In this document: one piece after another, positions 22,273 through 36,000 of the stretch
Layout: each line of letters opens with the position of its first letter
How positions within the stretch are numbered: the first letter of the stretch is position 1
NCBI GenBank assembly: GCA_016748015.1
Contig: JAAOMT010000742.1
Coordinates: 41,543 to 105,542, forward strand
Length of the DNA stretch: 64,000 nt
DNA from: Geosiphon pyriformis uo1
Lineage: Eukaryota; Fungi; Glomeromycota
Direction: 5' to 3'
The notes under the pieces: generated by a model
Databases searched by the model: none
Seen by the model: the letters and a program-made list of their open reading frames with translations, nothing else
Told to the model about the DNA's origin: nothing
Translations under genes and position numbers: made by a program

Positions 22273-23178
22273 TATTATTACAGATTTTAGTTTTTTTTAA
22301 TGTTGTTAATACTGTTTTATTGTTAATTTTGTTATTAATAAAAATTGTTAAATTTTTAATAAGCTAATTTATTTTCAAAGTATTTTTTATATTTTTGAAC
22401 TATTTGTGTTATTAAATTTATAATAAAATAGCTAATTTATATATTAATTATTTTGTGTAGTTATTTTCTAGTAAAAATTAACTCTTTTACAGAAATTTTT
22501 AACTCTAAATTCTTTAATTATATATAATTACTTTATTATAAAAGTTAACAGATTTATAGAAAATTTTAACTAAAAATTACTCAATAAAATAAAAAAATTA
22601 AAAAAATTAAAAGAAATTAAAATAAAAAAAATATAAAAAAAAATGTTTTTTGTTTAGACTTAAAATTAATTAAGTAATTTCAAAATATTAGTTAAAATTT
22701 ATAAATTTTGTATAGTAATAATTATAAAAAAATTTATTGGTTTTAAAAATAGATTTTATTTGATTAATTTATAGTATTTAATTATCATCTTAAATTTAAA
22801 GTAAAATATATTTTTTAAAAAGAAAAACTCTTTTTTTATAATTTTGTATTTTTTTTGCTAATATTTTGGTAAACTAAAAGTATATTTTAATAAACTACAA
22901 GTTATTTTTATAAACTATTAATTATTTTAGTAAATTATTAAATATTTTAAATATTTTGGGGAATTTTTGAATGTTATATCATTCAAACTATTATATAATT
23001 TGAATATTATATTTAATTATATTTGTATATTATACAAATTAGATTATTAATTATATAGTAATATTTAATAATTTAATTAAATAATAAGTAACAATTTAAA
23101 ATAATATTTATTAATTAATAATAGAAATAATAAGAGTGATTTTATGTTAATTAATAATTTAATTTTCTATTAATAATA
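22273..23178 (-). mobile_element. Ancient solo LTR of family A (or close relative), extremely AT-decayed
   Basis: Collinear over its full length with 8989-9985. Termini TATTATTA...TAATAATA are TGTTACCA...TGGTAACA after C>T/G>A. Flanks TTGC/TTAC fit a decayed 4-bp TSD. Confidence 0.8.
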
Positions 23179-23927
23179 TTACAGTTACTAAGTAAAATTA
23201 GAAAAGTAAAAAATAAAACACGTATAATTATTAACTTAAAAAACCAATTTACTGATTTTAAAAACTATATAGTTAAAAAAATTGACCAATTTTGCTTTAA
23301 ACATATTTTAAAAAAGAATAATTTTTTTTATTTATACAAAAAAAAAGATTTTAATATTGTTTTCATCTATTAAAATTAATTAGCATGTTAAAACAATTAT
23401 AATTACATTAAAAAACTTAAAATACACAATAACATATTGCCAAATACTAACAAACTTTAATATAATTTTGAAAACTTTACCAAAAGTCCAAAAGCTGTCT
23501 TATATTAGTTGTAAACATATTTAAAAACATATTATACAGAGTAATAGCATAAAAAAAAAGAAAAACTCAAAGATTGCCATAATTTTGCGATTTTAAAAGT
23601 AAAAAAAAGAATAAAACTAATAAGTTTAACTTAAAAAACAAATTTCATACAAAAAAACTTTATATTATTCTTAAAAACAGACTTAATACCAATAAAACTA
23701 TGTATAAACTAGAATTTAATCTTAAAAAACACTAAGCACCATCTATTTAACAAATTTTTAATAATTAATAATTGTTTTCTAAGCATTTTAGAAGCAGCAC
23801 CAGAAAATAAAAAAAAAGTATTTTGTTTTTATCTAATTAGCCCAATTTTTAGATTAGATAATCTAATAATTTAATTAAATAAAGATATATATAAAGATAT
23901 GTTTTCAAAATTAGTAAAAATTGGTTA

Positions 23928-23947
23928 NNNNNNNNNNNNNNNNNNNN
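23928..23947. other. Assembly gap (20 N)
   Basis: Run of N. Confidence 1.
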
Positions 23948-24114
23948 CTTCTAACTAAAAATGCTTTAATGGACTCGTGATGTGCTGTAAAAGATTTTCT
24001 GCTAAACCCACTTCAAACGATAGTTTTCTTGCGGCGGGTTTATCCTATTTCCTGATATAAATTTAAATAACGTTCTTTTTAGACAACTTATTTTAAATTT
24101 CTCATATCCTATCA

Positions 24115-25607
24115 ATGGCACTCCAAATATTCTTTCACGCTTTATCTCACGATTTCTAGAGCTTATTGAATAGTCAGAATTTTTCTGATTTTAGTATTAT
24201 TGTTGGCGAAGCGCCTAATACTAGAACTTTTCATGTTCATTCTCAAATTTTAGCGGCAAAGATCCTCGTATTTTGCTATAGCACTCTCTGGTGATTAGGT
24301 TAAAAGAGAAAATAACAATATCGTCTTTTCTAAACCTAATATATCGCCAGATATTTTTGAAATGATTCTTCGGTGAGTAATTTTGTTTGCTTAATATTTC
24401 TATTCATGACTATTTAAATTTTTTTATTTTATCTAGATACATTTATAGTGGTGAAATATCTCTTAATGAACACAGACCACTTACAATCTTAGAATTGCTG
24501 ATTGCCACTGACGAGCTTATTCTAGAAAAACTTATTAATCACCTTGAAGATTATTTAATTGAACATCATGCGAAAGAGTTAGAAGAAAATTTTGCCACCT
24601 TTCATGAAACATTCTTCATCCATCATTCGTTCAAAAAGCTACAAAAGTTCTGCACCGAAATAGCTGTCAACAATCCGGCTGCAGTCTTTAACTCTCAAGA
24701 TTTTACCTCCCTTAATAAAAATGCTCCTTGCTCAATTTTATCCCGTGATGACCTAAATATGGATGAAAGTGAAATATTGGAAAAGATTATAGAATGGGGA
24801 GTCGCTAAATTAAGCAATGGGATTCAATTGGAAAAAGTTCTTAATTGGACAGATGAAAACTTTGAAGCTTTTAAGGAATCTATTGGAGAACTTCTACCTT
24901 TAATCCGGTTCTTTAACATTTCTTCAGTTGACTATTATTATAAAGTAAAGCCATTTGCGAGAATTTTACCTGGAACCTTATATGAAGATCTTTTACACCA
25001 TTATCTAGTACCAGGGAGTCATCAAAAATCTGTTGACGCTCAGCCATTACGGGTTTCACGATCAAATTTTGATTCAAAGCTTCTCCAATCGCATAATATA
25101 AATCAGCTTGATCATTGGATTCAGGGCAAAGACGAAAATAATTCTTTTGAAAACCGACTTGAAAATGATTTTAAATTACTACTTCGAGGCAGTCGAGACG
25201 GATTCTCACCAAATGATTTTCATCGGTTATGTGATAACAAAGGAGCAACTGTAATCAAAGTCAAAGGGATTGGTCAATTTATTGGCGGCTATAACCCAGA
25301 ATCTTGGCATTTTCGTTGGGATTGGATAGATGGAGAGGGAAGTTTTATTTTTTCCCTTGAAGATGGCAAAGCTCAAAATGCCAAACTTAGCAATTTAGTT
25401 AGCAAAAATGGACCTTTTTGTCATAAAGAGTTCGGACCCCAATTTGGCACTTAAAGTATTCGAACCCAGAGCAGTAATTTTCAATCTATTCCATGCAGTT
25501 GTAAAAAGGAAACAAATTATGGGCACGTTATAATACCTGGGTCAGAAAATATAGCGGTAGAATTTTTTTTTGATGATTATGAGGTTTTTCAAATCATCAA
25601 AAATTAA
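24115..25607 (+). pseudogene. BTB/POZ-BACK-TLDc domain protein pseudogene (intron 24373-24436)
   Basis: BTB: SDFSIIVGEAPNTRTFHVHSQIL, KPNISPDIFEMILRYIYSG. BACK: ILSRDDLNMDESEI..IIEWG. TLDc: FKLLLRGSRDGFS..FHRLCDNKGAT, IGGYNP, DDYEVFQI. Stops at 24157, 24296 and 25452, plus a +1 frameshift near 24259. Confidence 0.88.
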
Positions 25608-27461
25608 ATCACTGGATTAGATTTTTTCTTAAGGTTAAGCTAAATATGACTCCTAATTTTGAAATTTGTACTTACAGAATCATTTATAGTCAATCGCTCT
25701 TGTCCCCCTTCCAAGAAAGCCAAATTCGCAAATAAAATCTTATTTTAAAAGCAGTACATTCTGAATAGGATTAATAATGAATCTTTTTTTAGAGAACACT
25801 TTCTTACTTTTTGAATAAAAACATTAGAATTACCCACATCAAATTTTAATATCGAGCGATTTTTCGAAGTTTATGCAAGTCAAACTCAATAAAAAATATA
25901 TTATCAAAACAAAAAGTCGAGATTAAATAGCGATAGAAAATGATAAATTTGGATAAAAAGTTAAATATACGTAATTTGTATAAGTTTTCCTAAAAAAAGC
26001 AATATATATATAACTTTTTGTTATGATGGAACTTGTAAGATATGTTATATTTATAAAAATCAGTGATTGATATCAGAAAATATGATATATTTTATAAATA
26101 TCAAATAGTTATTAATTTTTCTTCAAATCTATTTTTCAGTTTTATAAATAGAGCTTAATTTTAATAAACCCAAACACATCAATCTTTTCAGAAGCCAGAT
26201 ATTTATAATTTTTATTATAATCCGACTTTACGGTGTCTGCACAAAATTCAGATAATCTAATTTCCAATTATATCCACATAATTTAAGAAACATATATCAA
26301 AGAAAAAACAATGAATGGCGATTCCAATAGTATAACAATCCGAAGCATAGCCAAAAAATAATTTTAAATTTTTTTTCCAAAATGATCAATAGTTCTAATC
26401 TTGGAAATGTAAAACAACGGGATGCTAGGATATCTATTAGAATTTGAGCATTTTGTAATGAAAGAGCGAAAAGATATTTGCATGATATTTTAAATAAGTT
26501 AAGTAACTACTAATAAAACTTGGGATTGTACATATGATAAGTACAACCGTTTTCAATTACCGAATGAGCCATTTAGTGTAAAACTGTCATTACACAATGT
26601 AATTATCATTATTATTATTAACATTAAACATTTATTAATTAACTTTAAGTTTATCTTTTTTTCTATACATGTTAACTCAAAATTTAAACAGCATATAAAT
26701 TTTCGGATTCTCTGTATTTAATTAAAAAAATACTTTTAAACCAATAGGAAACTGGTTAATTATTACTTTATTTAAAAGAAACACTTCTACAAAGCACTAT
26801 TAAGCAGTTTTTATAATGGTTAGTTTTTTATTAAAAAAACTATTAATTGTTTTAAGTAATAAAAAAGTTAAAACTTTTTTTATTAAACTTAATTTTGTTG
26901 TTTGATTTTTAATCTTGTATTTAATGTTTTTTATATAAATAAAATATGTATTGCTTATAATAATTAAATTAATAATTAAGTTAATTCACATAAATAATTT
27001 AGCTGTAATTGTTATTTGATAAAGTTTTAATACAAGTATATCTAATTTTAAAAATAAATATTAAATTAAAAAAATTAACTTATTTATTTAAAGCAAAAAG
27101 TTTATAATAAGTTGGTCTATAATTAAAAGTTATTTTAAAGTATTAAACAATAAAATTATAAATTTTATAATAAGTACAACTTGTTTTTTTAAATATGTTA
27201 TGTTTTTATAATTTTAGTTTGTTTTTGCATAATTATAATAGTACAATTATTTTTAATAATATTAAATATTATATATAAGCTGTATAATATATTTGGTATT
27301 ATTAAATAAAAAATTAAATTTGTTAAAAGATTTTCTAATTAATTAATAATATAGATTAAAACAAAACTGTTTTTATATAATATTTTGATCAGCATTTTAG
27401 TTTTGTTTTTATTAATGTCAAATTTGCTAAACTTAAAACTTATATTATAAAAACATATTAT

Positions 27462-28233
27462 TATTATAAATTGGAGTAACAAGCTAACAGATAACAAAAT
27501 AAAACAGAATTTTATAATGATAGAAATAATCAAAAAGGAATTTAACTTTAAAAAACAAATTGAATTAGTATAAATTCAATATGTGAGATCAGTTTCATAA
27601 AAATCTCAGTTGCTATTTTTTCTAAAAGATAACAAAATAATCTAAAGGTAAAAAAATAATTCATATTGTCAACAAAAAATAATATACTAATCTAATTTTA
27701 TGTCTTATATTAATGCTCTTAAAATTTAATATCAGATATTAATTGTATTTTTTAGTAATATTTATTCAATAATTTTTAAAACTAATAATTATATATAAAT
27801 ACCAACAAATAATTTTTTATTACAAAGATATTTAAATACTTAAAGAAAATTGAAAAAAAATTAAGTAAATTGGAAAAAATTAAATATTTTCGAAACAATT
27901 TTTATTACTTTGATTTATGTATGTTTTATATATTTGAACATGCTTTTTTAAAGCTAAGAGATATATTGCTTATATATAACTATTCAAAATAGTTAATAAC
28001 CAGATTAATAATTAAATAAATAATTAAGTTAATAATTAGATCAATGATCAAATTATTAATTAAGTCAATAATCAAGTCAATAATCAGGTCAATATTTAGG
28101 TTAATAGTTAAATCAATAACCAGATTATTAATTAGGTTATTGATTATTTTTTAAAAATAAAGTGGTTAATTGCATAATATTAATAACTAATATATATAAT
28201 AATTAATAAAAACTATGATTTTTAATCATAATA
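27462..28233 (-). repeat. 3' LTR of family E element with 12-bp tandem array (~27990-28145)
   Basis: Inverted homologue of 30692-31428; unit approximately CAAGTCAATAAT repeated about 12 times. Confidence 0.75.
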
Positions 28234-30691
28234 TTATCTTCTTCAAAAAAATTAAGCTCTAGTAAAATTAAACTATTTATAAGTTATTCTAATTAAAAAA
28301 TTTTGTTTAACTCAAAACTAACTAGTTTAATAATAAGATATACAAAATTTGAGATAAAATAAGCTTTGTATTTACGAAACCAAATCTTTGTATAAAAGTT
28401 TTGGCTCTTCTAACAATGATTAAAACTTTTGAAACATTTAAACATATAATGCCCAAAATTTTTGTCTATATTTTTGAAAATGTTTTTATTAAGAACTTTA
28501 TGTTTTTTATAATTTTATTAAGTTAATTATAAAGTTTTAATTGTCTTTTATATGATAAGTTTTTGTTTATAAACAAAATTTTTTTAATCATTTTTCTAAG
28601 TGTGTTAAAAGATAATAATATTGTTAAAGTTATATATATTAAGCATATATTTATCTATTTTGTTTTTGGTTTTTTTTTTGATAGTAGTTTTTTTTGAATT
28701 AATAACAGTATGTATTTTATTATTATTAATTATAAGAGTTTGTTTTCTAATAATTAAAATAGCATTTGAATAGTTTTTAATCTAATACTAATAAAAAGTA
28801 TTAAAAACATTTTAAATGGTTTGATCTAAAAAATAATTGTTTATATAAATTGAAAATATCTCTGTTTTAAGAATAATATATCTATTTATAACTGATTTTT
28901 ATTAATTATTTAAGTCGATATTATCATATTAAGTAATCAATTAGATCGTTTGTAATATTTCTTGAATTATATATTATATATAAACTAATTATAAAAAATT
29001 GTTCTATATTAATTTTGTAGAATTTAAGAACTATTATTTAAAACTTTGTTAACTATAAAAAGTTTTTTTTAGTAGCTAAAAAACTTATCTCTATAAACAT
29101 TGTTTTTGTTTAAATAATATTTTAAAACTAAGTTATTAATACTTAAAAAAAAAATTTTGTAAGTTTCTTTTTTTTAAGCTTTTTTTGGAACTGTTTTATT
29201 TTTTTAAAAACAATTATCGAATTGTATCAGTTTTTTTACAAGATATTTTCGTATTTTTTTATTGTAATTTTTTTAAAATATTGTTTCAATATTAGTTTTT
29301 ATTAGTAATATTGTTATTTTTCTATAAAACAGAGAAAAGAGCTTATAACTTATTATGTTATAATTCACAATTCTATAAATAAACAAAGCTAAAAGCAGTA
29401 CTTTGTTTCATAAATTTGTTTTTTTACTAATTTTGGCCAAAATTTTACATAATAATTTATTAAAATATTTTATTAAGCTATTTGTTTAGAAATAATAAGG
29501 AAAACAAATTTTATAATGTATTCTTATCTTTTTACAAAGTTTTTTAATTAATGTACTAAAAAAAACTCTTTTTTTATCAAATAAAAATTCTTTAAAACAG
29601 TTATGGCAACAAATAATATTTTTGTAAATGAAATTAGCAATAAAAACTGTTGTTTAATTTGAAATGGCTTTTGCTTTTACTTACTTTATAAGTTAATTAG
29701 TAGCTATAATAATATATTTATTGTTATTAAGAGTTATTATTAAGAGTTATTATTAAAGATTTAATAATATCTATACTAATTTTGTTAAATAATTAGTTAA
29801 CAAAAATTGGATGTATATCTTTTTTGTAGTTGAATTTTCTTTTTTTTTGGCAGATATTATAAGTTTTAATGTATTCAACAATGTTTTTTTTCAAGATAAG
29901 TTAATAATAGTAAGCTAAGATTTTTTGAATTGTTTTTGTTTTTTAAAGTATCTAACTAATAAATTAGTATACATATTATAGATTACAATTTCTCTTTCTT
30001 TAGTCTAAATTAAATTGTTTAAAAATAAATTAGTAATGAGTTTTTTTTCAAAGTTTTAAAAGTTTTTTATTATTATTTACTTTAATAATAGTTGATATTT
30101 TTTTTAAGCAGTTAATTTAGAAATACAGCAAATTTGAAAAAATCTTGTGCAAATTTTTAGTAATAAAAACCAAACCAAAAATAAGCATATTTTAGATACA
30201 TTCATTAATTGTTTAAGATTTTGAACTTTTTTTGTCTTGACAAAATCAAAATTTTTTTTTTTATAATAAAATAACCAAAAAACTGAGTAAATTGCCATTC
30301 AAAAATTAATTTTATTATGTTAATTTTTAGGCCAGTATTTTTTAAAAGGTCAAAAACCTTTTGCAAATATTTAAAATATCTATTTTAGATTTTTAAGTAT
30401 ATTATTATGTTGTCTAAATAAACTAAAACAAAGTTTTTGTTAACTGGTTTAAATACTTTATCTATTAATTATTAAAAAGTAGAAGAAATATTAGTTAATT
30501 TAAAAAACATAACAATAAATTTATATGTATTATACTTTGTAATAAATACAGTTTTTTTGCAACTTTTTAAATCTATTTTTACTTGTCAAAATTTAATAAT
30601 TAAGTCAATGATTAAAAAAAAGCAGTATTATAGAATTTATTTAATATTGTATTAATTTTGGAAAGTAAATATATATCTTTTTTAATAATAG

Positions 30692-31428
30692 TATTATAGT
30701 TGAAAATTATAGTTTTTATTAATTATCATATATATTAGCCACTAATATTACATAATTAGCCATCTTATTTTTAGATAATAATTATTGACTTAATCAATAA
30801 TCTGATTATTGACTTAATTATTAATCTGATTATTGATTTAATCAATGATTTAATTATTGATTTAATCATTAACTTAATTATTAATCTAATTATTGACTTA
30901 ATTTTTGACTATTTTTAATAGCTATATAAGTAATAAGTTTTTTAGCTATAAAAAACATGTAGTAATTGATTAAGAATAAAAAAAATAACAACTATTATTT
31001 TAATCTTTTTTTTATCATTTATTTTTTTTTCTTATTTTTAAGTATCTAAACATCTTAGGATAAAAAATTACTTGTTGGTATTTATTTATCTTTTTTCTGA
31101 ATCACATAATTATAGTATTTGAAAATTATTGAATAAAATATGATTGAAGAATATATTTGATATCTGATATTAAATTCTAAAAGTGTTAATATAAAGCATA
31201 AAATTATATTAGTGTATTATCATTTATTGACAGTATAAACTATCTTTCTACTTTCAAATTCTTTGATTATTCTTTGAAAAGAATAACAACTAAAATATTT
31301 TATAAGACTGATTTTATATATTGAATTCATATTCATTCAATTCATTTCTTAAAGTTGAATTTTTTTCTATTATCATATAATTTTGTTTTTTTTTGCTATC
31401 TATTAGCTTGTTATTTCAACCTGTAAGA
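30692..31428 (+). mobile_element. Solo LTR of family E inserted antisense into the RT of the family E element
   Basis: Termini TATTATAGTTGAA...TTCAACCTGTAAGA; 4-bp TSD ATAG (30688-91, 31429-32). Splits RT between LNTI and IKKD. 12-bp array at 30780-30910, TATA-like CTATATAAG at ~30921. Confidence 0.8.
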
Positions 31429-33070
31429 ATAGTATTTAATTAGCAATAGTTAACACAAAAGTATAGAGTTTTATTTTTTTGGAAATTATTATTACCAAAA
31501 AAACTTATTTATTTTTGGTTTTTTGTATAAATTCAAGTTGTTTTATTTATTTAATCTCTTTTTTAATAAACTTATTATTGTAATAACTAAATTGATATAA
31601 TTTTAAATAGACAAAAAAAGTTTTTCTGGTGATAATAGTATGTTTTATTATATTGGTTTGTCTAAAAATTTTTTTTTAAGATTATTAAACTGTTTTTAAT
31701 TAATAAATTTTTAAAATTCATTTTATTTTTAAAAAAGAGTTTTTTTGTTCTACTATCAATAATTATATCTTTGAGAGTTTATTTTCAAATAATTTTTGTA
31801 CTTTTTTTATTTTCTTCAAAAGTATTAAGCTAATAGGTTTCTAATCTTTGTAATAGATTTGACAAAACATATCTTTATTACAAGAAAAATATTGTACTAG
31901 TATTAAATACAAAAATCATGCTATTAATAGTTATATTTGAATTTTTTGCCAGATTTTTTGCTCAAAGTTTTTTAAAAAATATTATAGTAAAATCAACAGA
32001 TTATGTTGTTATTAACTATAATTTTTTTCTTGTCAACTTTAATATTATTCAAAAATTTATTATTGCTTAAAAAGATAGTATAAGTAAGTTTAATAGTTTT
32101 TTTTTGCTTTTTTTTATTTTCATATTTATTACTTTTTTTATTTTTTTATTTTTTTAATATTATTTTTTTATTTTTGTTTTAATTCTGAGAAAGTTGTCTA
32201 ATAACAATATTTAACTATATTAGATTTTTTACTATATATAATAATTAGATTATAGAGTTTATAATCAAGCAAAATTTCAGCTTTTTAAATTATTTATTAT
32301 TAACAATAATGGTGTATTTTTTGGTTTCTAAAACTTTTATGTTAGTTTTAATACAAATACTATTAATTTGAACAGAAACAGTTTTGGCTATACTAAATTT
32401 ATTTTTGTTACCATATATATTAGTTATTGGTCTGATTAAAAATTCATCAATTTTTTTCTAATAGCTTTCAAAAAGTATTTGGCAATAATATCAACAGAGA
32501 ATTTATTATTTAAAATTAGGTCAATAAAATAACCAACCATTTGTGGTTTATAAATTAATAAAATAATACTATTATTAACAAGTTCTGCTTGGTAAGTATG
32601 CTTATTAATCTTTGGAATTTTTTTTTTGAAATTAAAAATTTGTAAAAATTTTTTTTAAATTGTAAGTAAATTATTAATTAACTAAAAATAATATGTGTTA
32701 GAGTTTTCATGAAATTTTTTACAACAAAATAAGATTCGGATTTTTGTATAATTTTTGCAAATTTTAACTTGGAAAAATTCTTGAAGATTTTTATTTTTGG
32801 AAGTTTATTGTTATTAACCATAAATGTTAATATTTTGTTAAAATTTGAGACAAATTTAATTTTGGCTTTTTTTTTCTTTGCAAGAATAAAAAAATTAATA
32901 GCTAATTCATTTATGTTATAGTTATTATTAGTTAAATTAAAAAAATAAAAAATATTTTCTTCTGATTAGTTTGCATTTTTGCTTTTTAGAGATATATTTA
33001 TTAGTTTAAAGACTAATAAGTAGTGGCTTTAACTAAAAAATTCTTTTCAAAAAATTTCAAATTAGTAAAA

Positions 33071-36000
33071 TTATTATTATTATTATTATTATTATAATTA
33101 ATAAATAAAATCTAATTATTACTTAGTGTATAAAATTAGACTAAGTAATCCAAACTAGATACAACTTATATACTTATTATATGTAATTAGCTATTTAGAC
33201 CAAACAAAACAACATTACACATCTATAAGAACTTTTATATTATTATTTAGACCAGAAAAAATAAACATGGCTTATAATTATTAAAACTAATCACAAAAAA
33301 TTTAATAATACCAAAAAATCTAACTATACTATTAAACAATTTATTTAATAAATTACCAGTTAAATTAAACATCATACTATTATTACTTATCAAACCAGCT
33401 TTTTCTATTTCAGCTCTAAATTTAGATCTATTAAGCCAAATCATAGAATAATATTTTTTTACTAATTAATTTATAAAATTAATAACTGTTATTAGAGATT
33501 TCTTTTTGGTCTTAAAGACTTTTAATACCTTAATACACCAAACTTTTAGCATAAAATTTTTACAAATTATAGTATACAAACATATATTTAATAAACATCT
33601 AAACAGAGTGTTCATCACAGAAAAAAAAAAGAGATGTAAATTCCAAACAATAATTTTCAAAGACCAAAGACCTCCAACAGAATATTTTTTTAAAATTTAG
33701 TATTCTTAATACAAGTAAAAGCATGATCTAAGAGCTTTATCTTATTATATAATAAGTACAATATACCCAAATATTTTTTATTATACAATCTTTTTCTGAC
33801 TATTATCAATAAATATTTATGCTGGCTTTTATTAAATATGTGCATAAATTGGCAGAATTTTTGCTAGAAAATTCAGATAATATATACTGATCAGAGTATC
33901 ATACTTTTGTAATAAACAGTCAATCTATGTTTTTAATTAAATTGCTTAGTATTACTTTATAATTAAAACTAACTTCCCATTAAGCATAACAAATAGAATT
34001 ATATATATTATAAATAAAATGTTAGACATTATCAAAAACAGCTGTATTATTAGTTACAATATAATATTTATATACACTATTTAACAAAAACCAAGAAAAA
34101 CCAGCAGTCTTACTTGCTATTTAATTTGTTTTTTTATTGTTTAGAATTCTTGAATAACTCTTAATTTTTACTTATCTAACCAAAAATTTTTATCTTTTAT
34201 TAAATTTGTAACATGTTTTTTCTTTATCTAATAGCAGTTGCAAAAATCAGGTATTATAAAACTTTCCTTAGCAACACAAGTATTAACAGCTGCTTAGCTA
34301 TTCAAATACAAAATTACCACACAAGGTAAAAAAACACACTTCAAAGACAAAGCAACAGTCTGTAATTCAGCCAAAATCAATAACAAAAAACCATTTATTT
34401 TAATTTTAATATCTATATCTATAACCAAAAAATACACAACAGCTATTAGCAATATTAAAAAAATCTATGTTTTTTAAAGAACTATCTGTATATATCTTAA
34501 TAATACCAAATTAAATCTTATACAAGTGTTTACACACATCAAAAAATTTGTCAGATTTAAATACATTCAGATTACATAGCATATTGGTTTAAACAAAACT
34601 AACTAATAATATTTCAATATTATACAGAAATTTTAACAACAGCTTGAACCAAAATAATACAGAGCTTTTAGGATTCAATTTTTTTTAATAGTGAAATGTT
34701 TTCCAATTTATTATACTACTTTTTCTGTTCAAAAGCTTATCACTAAATGCTACTTCAAATCTTTTTAAAAAGCAAACTGAATTGTAATAATACTGAAAAA
34801 TTGTCATTTTAAAGAACATTAAACTCACTATATACAGACAAAATCTAATCTAAAAGAATCTTAAAGAAAATTTTTTTGGCCATTTTAATTAATATAATAA
34901 GTTAAGTGTTTGTTAAAACTCTATTCTAATTATAAGCTTAAAAATTATTAAGACCCATGTTTTTTTCCATAGAACTAAAATATTATTAAAAATAAACATA
35001 TATTTAGAAATTCCAAAAAACATTTCATTATAGTATTATTATTATGCTTTTAAAGTTCATTAAAAATATTAAATAGTTCAGCAGCATTCTTATTAAACAG
35101 ATTATTAATAATTACAATTAATTCTTTCATACTGATTTCTTTTATTACTCCAGAAAAAGCATTATTATTTATATAATTTAATGATGTGTATTAGTGAACC
35201 CAAAAATTAAACACTACTATAAGTATAATTTGTTTTTTAGTCCAGTCTTTTATAATTTTGTTAACACTAAACTTAATCTTTTTTGGCTTCAAAACCAACT
35301 TATTTTCTATTACCAAGTAATTCAAAACTATATTGTAAAAAAACTGATTCAAAATATTATTTATAATACTTTTTTTATTAAAACAAAAACTTTTCATGTG
35401 TTTCTTAATTGCTTTTTTAATAAATGCTTTCTCAGCTATTCTTGACTTATAAAACTTGAACTTACTGTACTTTTTTTAGATTGTTAATAATTGTTTAAAA
35501 ATATTTATTAATTTTTTATTATTTTAAACTATATTTATAATCTTAAAAGCTTTTTTACTATTCAAAAATAACCATTTTTTAACAAACCAATTAAACTTAA
35601 TTATATTATCTAAGCTCAATTTCTTAACAATCTTGGCAATTAGCATTTTTAATCTAAAAAATTTGAAGACTCTTTGTTTTTTAAACACTAAAATTTACTG
35701 ATTCAAAGTTTAAAAAATATCTCATTAGCTGATTTTATAATCATCTTTTTCAACAACTCTTATATGACATCCAAATTTTCACAAATTCTGGCTTCTGAAA
35801 ATTCATTTACTATTACTAAAAATTTAACAGAAAAACACTCCCTAAATTATGTCTATTTAGCACTATCTGTATTCTTAATTTTAAATTTCCAGTAATCTTT
35901 ATTAGTCTGTTTGCATATGCTATTTAAATAAACATTTAAAAAACTACTTAAACAAATCAAAACCAAAACTGCCTTGTAATTAGTATTGAAAAACCAAAAA

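Larger units (their letters stand above)
27462..33070 (-). mobile_element. Old Ty3/Gypsy element, family E (3' LTR, IN, RT, PR relics; 5' part lost or interrupted by LINE)
   Basis: 3' LTR 27462-28233 preceded on minus by PPT GAAGAAGATAA. Decayed integrase ~29300-29750 (ANFIYKNIICCH), RT ~30330-31500 (FVLVYLDNI, FCVNYC*LNTI), protease ~32200-32560. No room for a dUTPase between PR and RT. Confidence 0.72.

Noticed and set aside
23200-23927. LINE RT fragment
   Set aside because: Only faint hints (NFAILK-like peptide) next to a gap; not supportable.
25850-26700. Small gene or pseudogene in CpG-retaining DNA
   Set aside because: No ORF of useful length or recognisable motif; may be regulatory or a relic.
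27458-28237. Solo LTR with TTAT TSD
   Set aside because: The right-hand TTAT is the end of the PPT and integrase lies upstream on the minus strand, so this is a 3' LTR.
27462-31428. DNA transposon with ~750-bp terminal inverted repeats
   Set aside because: The inverted pair are two family E LTRs: one follows a PPT, the other has its own TSD and splits an RT.
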